The notes under the pieces are model-generated. The model made no database searches. It saw only the letters and a program-made list of their open reading frames with translations, and was not told where the DNA came from. A program made the position numbers and the translations under genes. This document shows positions 19,355 to 29,900 of a stretch of 64,000 nucleotides of DNA, in pieces; within the stretch, counting starts at the first letter, position 1; each line of letters starts with the position of its first letter. The DNA comes from an uncultured Actinomycetota bacterium. Lineage in GTDB: Bacteria; Actinomycetota; Actinomycetes; Actinomycetales; Microbacteriaceae. The DNA lies in the NCBI GenBank assembly GCA_963781135.1, contig CAWADY010000013.1:75-64074 (forward strand), read 5' to 3'.

Positions 19355-19771
19355 TCATCCCGCGACCGTGGCGCCGATGCTCACGCCCACGCTGGAGAAG
19401 AACACCACGCCGCTGAAGACTCCGTGGAACCGGACGCTCGCGGGAACACCGCCGCGGATGACGTCGACGATGAAGTGCCAGTACTCGACACCGAGCGGGC
19501 GCTTCTCCCCACCTCGAAGACGGCGTCCGCGACGGCGCATCATGCTGTCGCCGAAGGGAATGCCGACGCAGTAGACGAGGACATTCGCCCACGCGAAGGC
19601 CACCGCGTCGGTGATGATGAAGGCGATCCACAGTGCAAGCGCGACGATCATGAGCGCCACGTGCGTGAGGATCGAGCCGGCATGCGCCCGGCCGTGGCGC
19701 GCCCATCCGACGAGCATCCACAGCCCCACCGCGGCCTGCACGGTCCACGCCACCAGCACGAAGTACTCCAC
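19355..19771 (-). CDS. Hypothetical 4-TM membrane protein (paralog A)
   Basis: 138 aa, hydrophobic; GTG start 7 nt after a TAAAAT -10. Confidence 0.8.
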   Translation of the reverse strand: MEYFVLVAWTVQAAVGLWMLVGWARHGRAHAGSILTHVALMIVALALWIAFIITDAVAFAWANVLVYCVGIPFGDSMMRRRGRRLRGGEKRPLGVEYWHFIVDVIRGGVPASVRFHGVFSGVVFFSSVGVSIGATVAG

Positions 19772-19782
19772 GCGCGTGATTT

Positions 19783-19821
19783 TACTACATTTATAGTAGA
19801 GATTGCACTACTTTCGTAGTG
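19783..19821. promoter_or_regulatory. Two copies of operator YACTAC-N4-GTAGTR
   Basis: TACTAC-ATTT-ATAGTA (19783-19798) and CACTAC-TTTC-GTAGTG (19806-19821). Confidence 0.8.
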
Positions 19822-19847
19822 AGGCCCCGATCAGGCGGAGTCCGTCA

Positions 19848-20201
19848 TCAAGAGGGCTGCGCTCGTTCCTTGACCACCTGCCGAGAAGCCATCAGGTGGG
19901 CCACCGCCATAACGACACCCCCGATGAGATAGATCACCGCGATGGGGTCGAGGCCGAACACGAACGGGCCGATGAACATGGCGGCGATGGGGATCCATGT
20001 GGCCCACCATGCCCACCGCTCGCGGGCACGGTAAGGCACGAGCAACACGGCCAGCGCCAGGAGATTCAGAGCGGCGAAGATCATGAACATCACGCGCTCG
20101 TCGTCGGTGGTGGCGAAAGTCGCGGCGCCGACGATGTGATTGAGAGCGAACAGCGAAGTGGAGACGAGAAGGATCCACCAGGCGACTCTGAACAGCACCA
20201 T
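19848..20201 (-). CDS. Hypothetical 4-TM membrane protein
   Basis: RBS GAGGAG; MVLFRVAWWILL...PYRARERWAWWATW... Confidence 0.8.
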   Translation of the reverse strand: MVLFRVAWWILLVSTSLFALNHIVGAATFATTDDERVMFMIFAALNLLALAVLLVPYRARERWAWWATWIPIAAMFIGPFVFGLDPIAVIYLIGGVVMAVAHLMASRQVVKERAQPS

Positions 20202-20214
20202 CACGCTTCTCCTC

Positions 20215-20685
20215 TCATGCAAGGCACGCGTCCAGGCGAGCGAGCCCGCCGGGCCAAGCGACGTTCGCGAAGAAGTCGCGCATCTCGGTCGCAGGATACC
20301 CGGTCTGCTCGACCGTGACCAGGGTGCCCGCGGCTATCGGCTCGAACGTCATGACGATGCGCGTCTCCAACTGCGGCATCGGCTCTCCGCCGATGGTCGA
20401 GTCTGAAACGAGGTCCGTCACGAGGCGGTGCGGCCGGTCGATTTCGACGTACGTCTGCACATCGTGGACCTCGGTTGCGGGGTTCGGACGGAACCGCGCT
20501 TCCCACGCGCCGCCGACGCGCAGGTTGACGGACGTCTGCACGGCGCCCTCGTTGGGGCCGAGCGCGGAGAGCCAGCTGAGTTGCTTCTCGGGATCCGTGT
20601 AGGCGTCGAAGACCTCCTCCGGGGTGGCGTGCAGTTCCCGCTGCACGCGCAGCCCGATTGACTCCGTCGAATCGATCTGACTCAT
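20215..20685 (-). CDS. SRPBCC/AHSA1 (START-like) domain protein
   Basis: RELHATPEEVFDAYTDPE, VNLRVGGAW, YVEIDRPHRLV and TLVTVEQTG. Confidence 0.9.
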   Translation of the reverse strand: MSQIDSTESIGLRVQRELHATPEEVFDAYTDPEKQLSWLSALGPNEGAVQTSVNLRVGGAWEARFRPNPATEVHDVQTYVEIDRPHRLVTDLVSDSTIGGEPMPQLETRIVMTFEPIAAGTLVTVEQTGYPATEMRDFFANVAWPGGLARLDACLA

Positions 20686-20748
20686 GGCACTGCTCCTTGT
20701 CTGGTGAGATCGTTCTCGCTCTTCCGCAGCCGACCTTGCCGCACATAG

Positions 20749-20807
20749 TACTACGTTCGTAGTGGAATGTCACTACGGAAGTAGTACTCAGTGCTACGTT
20801 CGTTGCA
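20749..20807. promoter_or_regulatory. Three copies of operator YACTAC-N4-GTAGTR in a divergent promoter
   Basis: TACTAC-GTTC-GTAGTG (20749), CACTAC-GGAA-GTAGTA (20771) and degenerate TGCTAC-GTTC-GTTGCA (20792). Confidence 0.8.
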
Positions 20808-21355
20808 TGGCCATCACCCGCGAACGGGCTCTCGAAGCCGCGCTCGAACTCCTCGGCGAGCAGGGCATCCGGGCACTGACCCACGCCCGGGTCGACGAGC
20901 GGGCGGGCCTGCCCAGAGGCTCGACGTCGAACTGGTTCCGCACCCGGGATGCGCTCGTCGCGGGGGTCATCACTTGGCTGGCCGAAGTCGAGCGCTCCGA
21001 ATTCGCCGCAGGTGGCGCCCCGCAGATCACGACGCCCGACGAGCTGGTCGACGCCCTCTCAGGATTCATCGCTGTACAGACCGGACCGCTCGCCGGCCGC
21101 ACTCGAGCCCGCTATGCGCTCTTTCTGGAGGGCAACAGCGACCCGGAACTGCTGGCACCGCTCCTGCAGCAGCGCGCCCTCTATGTGGACTGGACCGCAG
21201 CGCTGCTCGTGGGCATCGGCGCCGCGCATCCTGCGGAGGCCGCGCGCACCCTGATGGCCACGGGCGAGGGCCTCGTGCTGCACCGTCTGACTATCGATCC
21301 GGATGCCGAGATCAGGCCCGTGATCGAGCGCGCGGTGCGCGCGTGCCTCGATTGA
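20807..21355 (+). CDS. TetR family regulator
   Basis: RERALEAALELLGEQGIRALTHARVDERAGLPRGSTSNWFRTRDAL; leaderless (TACGTT-N6-ATG). Confidence 0.9.
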   Translation: MAITRERALEAALELLGEQGIRALTHARVDERAGLPRGSTSNWFRTRDALVAGVITWLAEVERSEFAAGGAPQITTPDELVDALSGFIAVQTGPLAGRTRARYALFLEGNSDPELLAPLLQQRALYVDWTAALLVGIGAAHPAEAARTLMATGEGLVLHRLTIDPDAEIRPVIERAVRACLD

Positions 21356-21361
21356 ATCCAC

Positions 21362-22579
21362 TTAGACCAGGATCCTGTCCAAGGGCGTGTCGGTGTCGAC
21401 CAGCCGATCCGGGTTTACGCGGTCGCCGCTACTGATCAGGGCCTTGATGTGCTTCTGCACGTCCCACACATTCACGTTCATTCCCCCGACCACGCGGCCG
21501 TGGTCCACCCAGAACGCGATGAACTCGCGCGCGTCGAGGTCGCCACGGATGATCAGGTCAGCGTCCGTCATGAGCGGGGGAAAGCCCGACAGCTCCATGC
21601 CGAGATCGAACTGGTCGGTGTAGAAGTACGGAATGCCGTCGTGTCTCGCCGAGCCGCCCATCATGACGCGAGCGGCGACAGGTCCTGCCTTGCGCGCGTT
21701 GTCCCAGTGCTCGCTGCGCAGATGCCGTTGGATGACCGGGTGGTAAGCGTTGGCCACGTCGCCGGCCGCGTACACGTCGGGCGCGGAGGTCCTGAGCGAC
21801 GCATCGGTGAGGATGCCGTTGCCCAGCGCGATCCCGGCGCCTTCGGCCAACGCGGTGTTCGGCACCGCTCCGACCCCGATCAGCACGAGGTCCGCCGGCA
21901 CGGTTTCGCCGTCGACGACGACTCCCTCCGCGCTCCCGCGCCCCACGATCCGCTCGACCTGCACGCCGGTGCGCAGATCCACGCCGTTCTCGGTGTGGAG
22001 GCCACGGAACACCTCACCCATCACCGGGCCGACCGCGAGAGCGAGTGGCACGGGGTCGCGCTCGAGGATCGTCACTGTGTTTCCGAGGGTCCGCGCCGTC
22101 GCGGCCACCTCCATCCCGATCCACCCCGAGCCGATCAGCACGAGTCGCCTGCCGCCGTCGCGCAGTCCGCGGGCCAGCGCGTCTGAATCCTCGAGACGTC
22201 GGAGCGTCTGCACACCGTCGAGGTCGTGCCCCTCGAGGGGGAGCGATCGGGGCGACGCGCCCATCGCGAGCAGCACGGCGTCGTACGCCAGATCGCCCCC
22301 GTCGGTTTCGATTCGATGTGCGCCGGGATCCAGGCGCGTCGCCCTCGTGGACGTGCGCAACTCGATATCCCGCTCGGTGTACCACGAAACGGGATGCAGC
22401 ACCGCGGCATCCAGTCCCTCTTTGCCCGCGAGATAACCCTTCGACAGCGGTGGGCGCTGGTAGGGCGGGTGGGGCTCGGCCGCCACAATCGTCACATCGC
22501 CGGCGTACCCGTCGTTGCGCAGGGTCTCGGCGGCTTTGCCGGCGGCGACTCCCCCGCCGACGATCACGAAGTGAGCCAT
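21362..22579 (-). CDS. FAD-dependent ferredoxin reductase-like oxidoreductase
   Basis: GGGVAAG, PYQRPPLSKGYL, GSGWIGME, YAAGDVA and PYFYTDQFD. Confidence 0.92.
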   Translation of the reverse strand: MAHFVIVGGGVAAGKAAETLRNDGYAGDVTIVAAEPHPPYQRPPLSKGYLAGKEGLDAAVLHPVSWYTERDIELRTSTRATRLDPGAHRIETDGGDLAYDAVLLAMGASPRSLPLEGHDLDGVQTLRRLEDSDALARGLRDGGRRLVLIGSGWIGMEVAATARTLGNTVTILERDPVPLALAVGPVMGEVFRGLHTENGVDLRTGVQVERIVGRGSAEGVVVDGETVPADLVLIGVGAVPNTALAEGAGIALGNGILTDASLRTSAPDVYAAGDVANAYHPVIQRHLRSEHWDNARKAGPVAARVMMGGSARHDGIPYFYTDQFDLGMELSGFPPLMTDADLIIRGDLDAREFIAFWVDHGRVVGGMNVNVWDVQKHIKALISSGDRVNPDRLVDTDTPLDRILV

Positions 22580-22769
22580 GACTCCTCCTCAAGCGGCCTG
22601 CCGCATCCTTGAGGTGCTCGGGGAGGGCGGCCGTTGCTCTCGGCGGCTCCATCATAGATCTGCGCGAACCTGCGCGCAGGGCGCGGTGCTGGTCCCCTGA
22701 GGTGCCCGATCGGATGCCGCTCCGGGCGATATCCAGACAGCGCATCGATTACCTCGCCATAATGAGGGC

Positions 22770-23462
22770 ATGACCGCACCGCGCATCCTGGTCGTCGACG
22801 ACGAACCGAACATCCGCGACCTGCTCATCACGAGCCTCAGATTCGCCGGCTTCCAGGTCCGGGCCGTCTCGAACGGCGCCCAGACGATCTCGGCCGTCCT
22901 CGAAGAGGAACCCGACCTCATCATCCTCGACGTGATGCTTCCCGACATGAACGGGTTCAGTGTCACGAAGCGGCTGCGGGGCGCCGGCTACACCGCGCCG
23001 ATCCTCTTCCTCACGGCCAAGGACGAGACCGAAGACAAGATCGCCGGCCTCAACGCCGGCGGTGACGACTACGTCACCAAGCCGTTCAGCCTCGACGAGA
23101 TCGTCGCCCGCATCCAGGCGATCCTCCGCCGCACGATGCAGGCCGACGAGGAGTCGGTCATCCGGGCCGGCGAGCTCACGATGGACCAGGACACCCACGA
23201 CGTGCTCGTCGGCGACGCGTCGATCGACCTCAGCCCGACCGAGTTCAAACTGCTCAGGTACCTGATGCTCAACCCGAATCGCGTGCTGTCGAAGGCGCAG
23301 ATCCTCGACCACGTCTGGGAGTACGACTTCAACGGCGACGCGGGCATCGTCGAGAGCTACATCTCCTACCTCCGCCGCAAGATCGATCCGCACTCGACCG
23401 AGCCGCTCATCCAGACCAAGCGCGGTTTCGGCTACATGCTCAAGGCCGGCAAGACCGCCTGA
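22770..23462 (+). CDS. OmpR-family response regulator (M. tuberculosis PhoP-like)
   Basis: ILVVDDEPNI, LDVMLPD, FLTAKD, DYVTKPFSL and IQTKRGFGY. Confidence 0.93.
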   Translation: MTAPRILVVDDEPNIRDLLITSLRFAGFQVRAVSNGAQTISAVLEEEPDLIILDVMLPDMNGFSVTKRLRGAGYTAPILFLTAKDETEDKIAGLNAGGDDYVTKPFSLDEIVARIQAILRRTMQADEESVIRAGELTMDQDTHDVLVGDASIDLSPTEFKLLRYLMLNPNRVLSKAQILDHVWEYDFNGDAGIVESYISYLRRKIDPHSTEPLIQTKRGFGYMLKAGKTA

Positions 23463-23491
23463 CGCGGTCCCTGACCCAAGGGGCCGCCGCT

Positions 23492-25282
23492 CTGCACGCA
23501 AGGCACGCGAAGAAGACTGATGCGGTCACCCGATGGTGGCGTGGCATCAGCCTGCGCGCGAAGGTCACCGGCGTCACCGTCATCCTGCTCGCCGTCGGGC
23601 TGATCGCGGCCGGCTTCGGCACGGCATACTTCCTCCGCAACACCCTGATCGCAAGCGTCGAGACACAGCTCGACGCGCTCGCCCGCACGGACGTCGCCGC
23701 GCCGCTGCTGAACCTCACGGGCAATGAGGGTCAGCTGCAGATCACCGCGGTAGAGAATGCTGCGCCGACGGAGTACCGCGTCGCCATCTACGGTCCCACC
23801 GATGGCGCACTGCTCGCCACGGCGGGTGGTCGCGGCGGTCCTGAGCCCGTCTTCCCGGAGAGCATCCCCTTGGACATCGCCCAGTCCAAAGAGCTCCAAC
23901 CCTTCTCGCTCTACTCCGCAGACGGCGAGTACGAGTTCCGGGCGACCATCGCCCTGCAGGAGGTCTCGGGCGCCGGCATCCTCTACACGCAGCTCGTCGC
24001 GCTGCCCCTGGCATCGACGTATCAGGTCGTCGCGCAGTACATCGGCATCTACAGTCTGCTGGCGGTGATCATCCTCATCGCCAGCGCCTTCCTGACCCGG
24101 TGGCTGGTCACCTTGACGTTCCGCAGCCTCGGTCAGGTCGAATCGACCGCGATGGCGATCTCGGCGGGTGACTTCAGCCAGCGTCTCACCGATATCGAAC
24201 CGATGACGACCGAGGTCGGCCGCTTGAAATCGGCGATCAACGCGATGCTCGGTCGGGTTGATGCCGCTCTCTCGCAGCGCGATTCGTCCGTGCGGCAGAT
24301 GCGCCGGTTCATCGGCGATGCGAGTCACGAGCTGCGCACCCCGCTCGTCACGGTCCGCGGATACGCAGAGCTCTACCGGATGGGCGCGATCTCGGGCGAG
24401 GACGATGTCGCGCAGGCGATGGACCGCATCGAGAAGGAGGCGATGCGCATGGGCGTGCTCGTCGAAGACCTCCTCGCCCTGGCCCGACTCGACGAGCGTC
24501 GCGACGTGGTCATCGGCCCCGTCGATCTGCGGCCGATCGCCCGGGATGCCGCGCTCGACGTGCGCGCGACATCGCCACAGCGCTCGGTCACCGTGATCGA
24601 CACCACGATCGGCCAGGCGCCCGAGCCCGAGCCGGCACCCGAGTTCGAACCCGAGCCCGACCCAGACGCCACCGCGCGTCGACGGGGCGGACCCCCGACG
24701 TCGGTCATCGCCCGCGCGGGCGGCGGGGCGCTCTCGCGGCTGCGGCGCAAACCTCGGCCCGTCTCGGCCGCGCAGGCTTCCGGAACGAACGAGACGCCCC
24801 AGGTTGCGCCCGTGGCCCTGGCAGCACCGGCTGCGATCGGCGAGACGACTCCCCCGATCGTGCTCGGCGACGAGAACCGTGTGCGCCAGGTGGTCGCGAA
24901 TCTCCTCGGCAACGCGCGCAGGTTCACTGCCGAGGACTCGCCGATCGATCTGCGCATCGGCGTGGACGCCGCTGCGGGAATGGGCTGGATCGAGGTCGCC
25001 GACCACGGTGACGGCATCCCGGAGCAGATCCGCGACAAGATCTTCCAGCGGTTCTGGCGTGCCGACACGTCGCGAGCCCGAGAGACCGGCGGCACCGGCC
25101 TCGGCCTGTCGATCGTGGCGTCGATCGTCGATGCGCTCCACGGGTCCGTCTCGGTCGATGAGACCCCCGGCGGCGGCGCCACCTTCCGCGTCGCTTTCCC
25201 CCTGGCGCAGGCCCGTGATGGCTTCGAGCACCTGCAGATCGAGACTCAGCCGATCGAGCGCCTGCCGCGCTCGCAGGAGTAG
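23492..25282 (+). CDS. Sensor histidine kinase; true start uncertain, frame open well upstream of the track TTG 23870
   Basis: Same frame gives ...WWRGISLRAKVTGVTVILLAVGLIAAGFG (TM1); HAMP, DASHELRTP, NLLGNA and TGGTGLGL motifs. Confidence 0.88.
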   Translation: MHARHAKKTDAVTRWWRGISLRAKVTGVTVILLAVGLIAAGFGTAYFLRNTLIASVETQLDALARTDVAAPLLNLTGNEGQLQITAVENAAPTEYRVAIYGPTDGALLATAGGRGGPEPVFPESIPLDIAQSKELQPFSLYSADGEYEFRATIALQEVSGAGILYTQLVALPLASTYQVVAQYIGIYSLLAVIILIASAFLTRWLVTLTFRSLGQVESTAMAISAGDFSQRLTDIEPMTTEVGRLKSAINAMLGRVDAALSQRDSSVRQMRRFIGDASHELRTPLVTVRGYAELYRMGAISGEDDVAQAMDRIEKEAMRMGVLVEDLLALARLDERRDVVIGPVDLRPIARDAALDVRATSPQRSVTVIDTTIGQAPEPEPAPEFEPEPDPDATARRRGGPPTSVIARAGGGALSRLRRKPRPVSAAQASGTNETPQVAPVALAAPAAIGETTPPIVLGDENRVRQVVANLLGNARRFTAEDSPIDLRIGVDAAAGMGWIEVADHGDGIPEQIRDKIFQRFWRADTSRARETGGTGLGLSIVASIVDALHGSVSVDETPGGGATFRVAFPLAQARDGFEHLQIETQPIERLPRSQE

Positions 25283-25402
25283 CGTCCGTTCCTCCCCAGT
25301 CCGCCGGCCGCCGCGTGGGTGCACAGCGCACCTGTGCGGCACGGTGGCGTGCCGTGCGCACTCCTAGCGTGGAGCTCCCACCCCACCGATCAAGGAGTTT
25401 CC

Positions 25403-25690
25403 ATGGCCGTCTTCTCCGTCGACAGCGACGCCGTCATCGCCACCACCGCCGCCGTACGCGGCACGATCGATCGCCTGCAGGGCGAGACGCAGGCCATGCT
25501 CACGCAGTTGACGCAGCTGCAGGCGTCATGGACGGGCAGCGCCGCCGTCGCGTTCCAGACCGTGGTCGACCAGTGGCGCGCCACCCAGCGCCAGGTCGAG
25601 GACTCGCTCGCCGGCATCAACGCGGCCCTCGCGACCGCCGGACAGCAGTACGCGGATGCCGAGCACGCCACGACGAGCCTGTTCCGGTAG
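25403..25690 (+). CDS. WXG100 (ESAT-6-like) protein
   Basis: 95 aa, central WTG, RBS AAGGAG. Confidence 0.9.
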   Translation: MAVFSVDSDAVIATTAAVRGTIDRLQGETQAMLTQLTQLQASWTGSAAVAFQTVVDQWRATQRQVEDSLAGINAALATAGQQYADAEHATTSLFR

Positions 25691-25702
25691 ATGCCCGAAA
25701 CG

Positions 25703-25736
25703 CAGAACAGCCCCTCCCGAAGGAGGGGCTGTTCTG
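25703..25736. terminator. Bidirectional terminator between the WXG100 gene and groEL
   Basis: CAGAACAGCCCCTCC-CGAA-GGAGGGGCTGTTCTG. Confidence 0.8.
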
Positions 25737-25764
25737 TGCGTTCTGTCGAACGGACTTCAGTGGA

Positions 25765-27426
<1,662 letters not shown>

Positions 27427-27453
27427 TTAGCACTCAGATGAGTCGAGTGCTAA
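27427..27453. promoter_or_regulatory. CIRCE element 1 (HrcA)
   Basis: Perfect TTAGCACTC-N9-GAGTGCTAA. Confidence 0.97.
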
Positions 27454-27459
27454 TCCATT

Positions 27460-27486
27460 CTGGCACTCGCCCCTACCGAGTGCAAG
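27460..27486. promoter_or_regulatory. CIRCE element 2 (HrcA)
   Basis: CTGGCACTC-N9-GAGTGCAAG. Confidence 0.9.
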
Positions 27487-27527
27487 CCGCGGGGACGGAT
27501 GCGGCGCCGCAATGCGTCATAGAACGC

Positions 27528-27560
27528 CGATACCCCGCCGCGAAACGCGGCGGGGTATCG
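27528..27560 (-). terminator. Terminator after cspA
   Basis: CGATACCCCGCCGCG-AAA-CGCGGCGGGGTATCG. Confidence 0.75.
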
Positions 27561-27582
27561 AACGAGCGGGGTGGGATCGGGC

Positions 27583-27783
27583 TCAGACGACGCGAACGGA
27601 CTCGGCCTGCGGACCCTTCTGCCCGGCGCCGACCGTGAACTCGACGGTCTGACCCTCCTCGAGCACGCGGAATCCGCTCATGTCGATATTGGAGTAATGG
27701 ACGAAGACGTCCTGCCCATCAGCCACGGTGATGAAGCCGAAGCCCTTCTCGGCGTTGAACCACTTGACGGTGCCCTGGGTCAT
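27583..27783 (-). CDS. cspA: Cold-shock protein (66 aa)
   Basis: [18 protein letters not shown]...DVFVHYS. Confidence 0.96.
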   Translation of the reverse strand: MTQGTVKWFNAEKGFGFITVADGQDVFVHYSNIDMSGFRVLEEGQTVEFTVGAGQKGPQAESVRVV

Positions 27784-27915
27784 CTGAATCTCCTGTAATG
27801 CGGGGAACAGGGCCATCGTATGCACGCGAATCGCGTCGAAATCGCCGCAATGGCAAGTGTTGACACGCATGCATCGAAGTGTTTACCGGCCTGAAACACT
27901 CGACCGCAGATGCGG

Positions 27916-28491
27916 TCAGGGAGCGGGCGTCGCGGTCGGGGGGTTCGCGGTGCGATCGAGCCCGATCACGATCGTGAGCTGCTTGGCATCAGGGTTGTCG
28001 ACCGGCTGATAGACATCGCTCTGCTCGATGTTCGCCCCGCCGATCACCTGGGCGAGTCCGGCCGCGGCCGCCTCGTCGGTGGGCAGGTAATAGTAGATCG
28101 TCGTCTCGGCGAAGTCTGTCGAGCCGGCCTCGCTGGCCAGCACGGTGTCCTCCGCCCATCCGGCGGCGACGACGACGTCTTTCATCTGGGTCGCGAGACC
28201 CTGCTCGGGCGTCGCATTGAGCACGAGGACGTCATAGGTCGTGTCGACGACGGGTGTGACGACAGGCAGCGGAGTGGCGGTCGGTGAGGGCGTGGGGAAG
28301 AGAACGACACGTCCCGTGACCAGCAGCGTGCCGAAGATGCCGACCGCGACGAGCACGACCGTGGCAAGGATCGCCCACAGCAGCACGACCCATCCGCGCA
28401 TGCGGGGGTTCTCTGCGCGATGGGCACCGACCCGGCCCGCATCCGGGGGAAGGTCGTCGAATCGATCCCGCGGGAAGGTCGTTCTCGGCAC
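27916..28491 (-). CDS. LytR C-terminal domain membrane protein
   Basis: DRFDD...RVGAHR, one TM segment, VLVLNAT...GLA. Confidence 0.85.
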   Translation of the reverse strand: MPRTTFPRDRFDDLPPDAGRVGAHRAENPRMRGWVVLLWAILATVVLVAVGIFGTLLVTGRVVLFPTPSPTATPLPVVTPVVDTTYDVLVLNATPEQGLATQMKDVVVAAGWAEDTVLASEAGSTDFAETTIYYYLPTDEAAAAGLAQVIGGANIEQSDVYQPVDNPDAKQLTIVIGLDRTANPPTATPAP

Positions 28492-28555
28492 CTCACGATG
28501 GTACCGGTACCCGGCGGGTGGCCACGTCCGCGCCGTCCTCGGCCGGACGCAGGCG

Positions 28556-28807
28556 TCAGTGGGGTGCGCCGGCGGCGCGGGCGATCCTCGCCTGCTCGCG
28601 CGCATCGCGGATGCGACGCAGACGCTTGACCAGCATCGGATCGTGCTCCTGCGCGTCGGTGGTGTCGATCAGACGACCGAGCAGCTGGTAATACCGTGCC
28701 GGGGAGAGCCCGAGGTCGGCGCGGATCGCCTCCTCCTTCGCGCCCGCATGCCGACGCCATTCCGCCTCGAATTCGAGGATGGCGCGGTCGCGGTCGGTCA
28801 AGGGCAC
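28556..28807 (-). CDS. DUF3263 family protein
   Basis: LTDRDRAILEFEAEW...GAKEEAIRADLGLSPARYYQLL...DPMLVKRLRR. Confidence 0.88.
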   Translation of the reverse strand: MPLTDRDRAILEFEAEWRRHAGAKEEAIRADLGLSPARYYQLLGRLIDTTDAQEHDPMLVKRLRRIRDAREQARIARAAGAPH

Positions 28808-28816
28808 GGGGCCACG

Positions 28817-29811
28817 CTAACCCGCGTCGTTCGCCCTGCCGCCGCGCCACTCCACGAATGCTCCGAGTGGGTCCACCGCGGCGAGCGGAACGCCATCGCG
28901 GCGCAGGACGAAGCCTCCCCACGTCATGGGATCGACCGGGGCCGCGCCGTCGACGGGAAGCCCGGGTGGATCGATCGACACCCAGACGGCGTCCAGCAGC
29001 GCGATGTTCGCGCTCAGGCGCTCTCGGCCCACCCGGGCGATGTGGGGCAGCACGCCCGGGGTCGTGATCACGAGCGTCGCGTCGCGCGGCGCGAGCGCGG
29101 CGAGCTCGGCGAGCGCGTCCTGCTCGGTGGCATCACCGCGCACGAGGATCGGCGGGTCGGCGGCCGCGATGTCGAGCGCGGCATCGATCCTCGCCGCGCG
29201 ACCCTCCTCCCCCGGCCACACCAGACTCATGAGGAAGCGCCGGTCGTCCGCATCCGCGGCATCGAGCGGAGCGAGGTCGATGCCCGCACGCCACACGACG
29301 TCCGGCATCCGCAGCGGCGGATCGCCGGTGACCGTGCACTGCAGGACGACCGTCGACGTGCCCTCCCCCGGGTCGAGGTCTCCTCCTCCGCCGTACCGAT
29401 ACGAATATCGGTCGGGGTAAAGGCACAGGCCGGCGCTCGCGCCGACCTCGAGCAGGGCGATCGGCCCGTCGATCCCGCTCAGTGCGGGCAGCAGCGCAGC
29501 GCACCGCAGCGGTTCATTCGTCTGCAGGCTGCGGACAGAGCACTCCGCGACCACGGCATCGGCGTGAGCCGCAACCCACTCCGCCCATTCGCGGTACGGG
29601 CCTTCCGGAGCACCCAGCATGCGCGTGACGGCGAACACGAGCGGCGGCTGCCGGTGCGTCGCCGGGATGCGGCCGAGGATCGCGGTCATCGCGCGATCGG
29701 CGGCCACTCCCGCGGCCCACTCGGCGTACAGCTCCGATCTGCCCGGAGCCTCGTCGCGCGCGAAGCGTCCGTAGCGGTCGGCGACCTCGGCGAGGCGGAG
29801 GCGGCATCCAT
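28817..29811 (-). CDS. DUF2332 family protein, apparent frameshift near 29793
   Basis: LQTNEPLRCA and LLEVGASAGLCLYPDRY; the frame extends upstream as LAEVADRYGRFARDEA and joins ATG 29811 only if one C is added. Confidence 0.8.
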
Positions 29812-29900
29812 CGTCCTATTCTCGCGGTGAACCCGCAGGCGACCGGGAGCCCGGCGGCGACCAGTGGGGTTGAATGGACTCTGGCTGAAGGAGGACCCCC

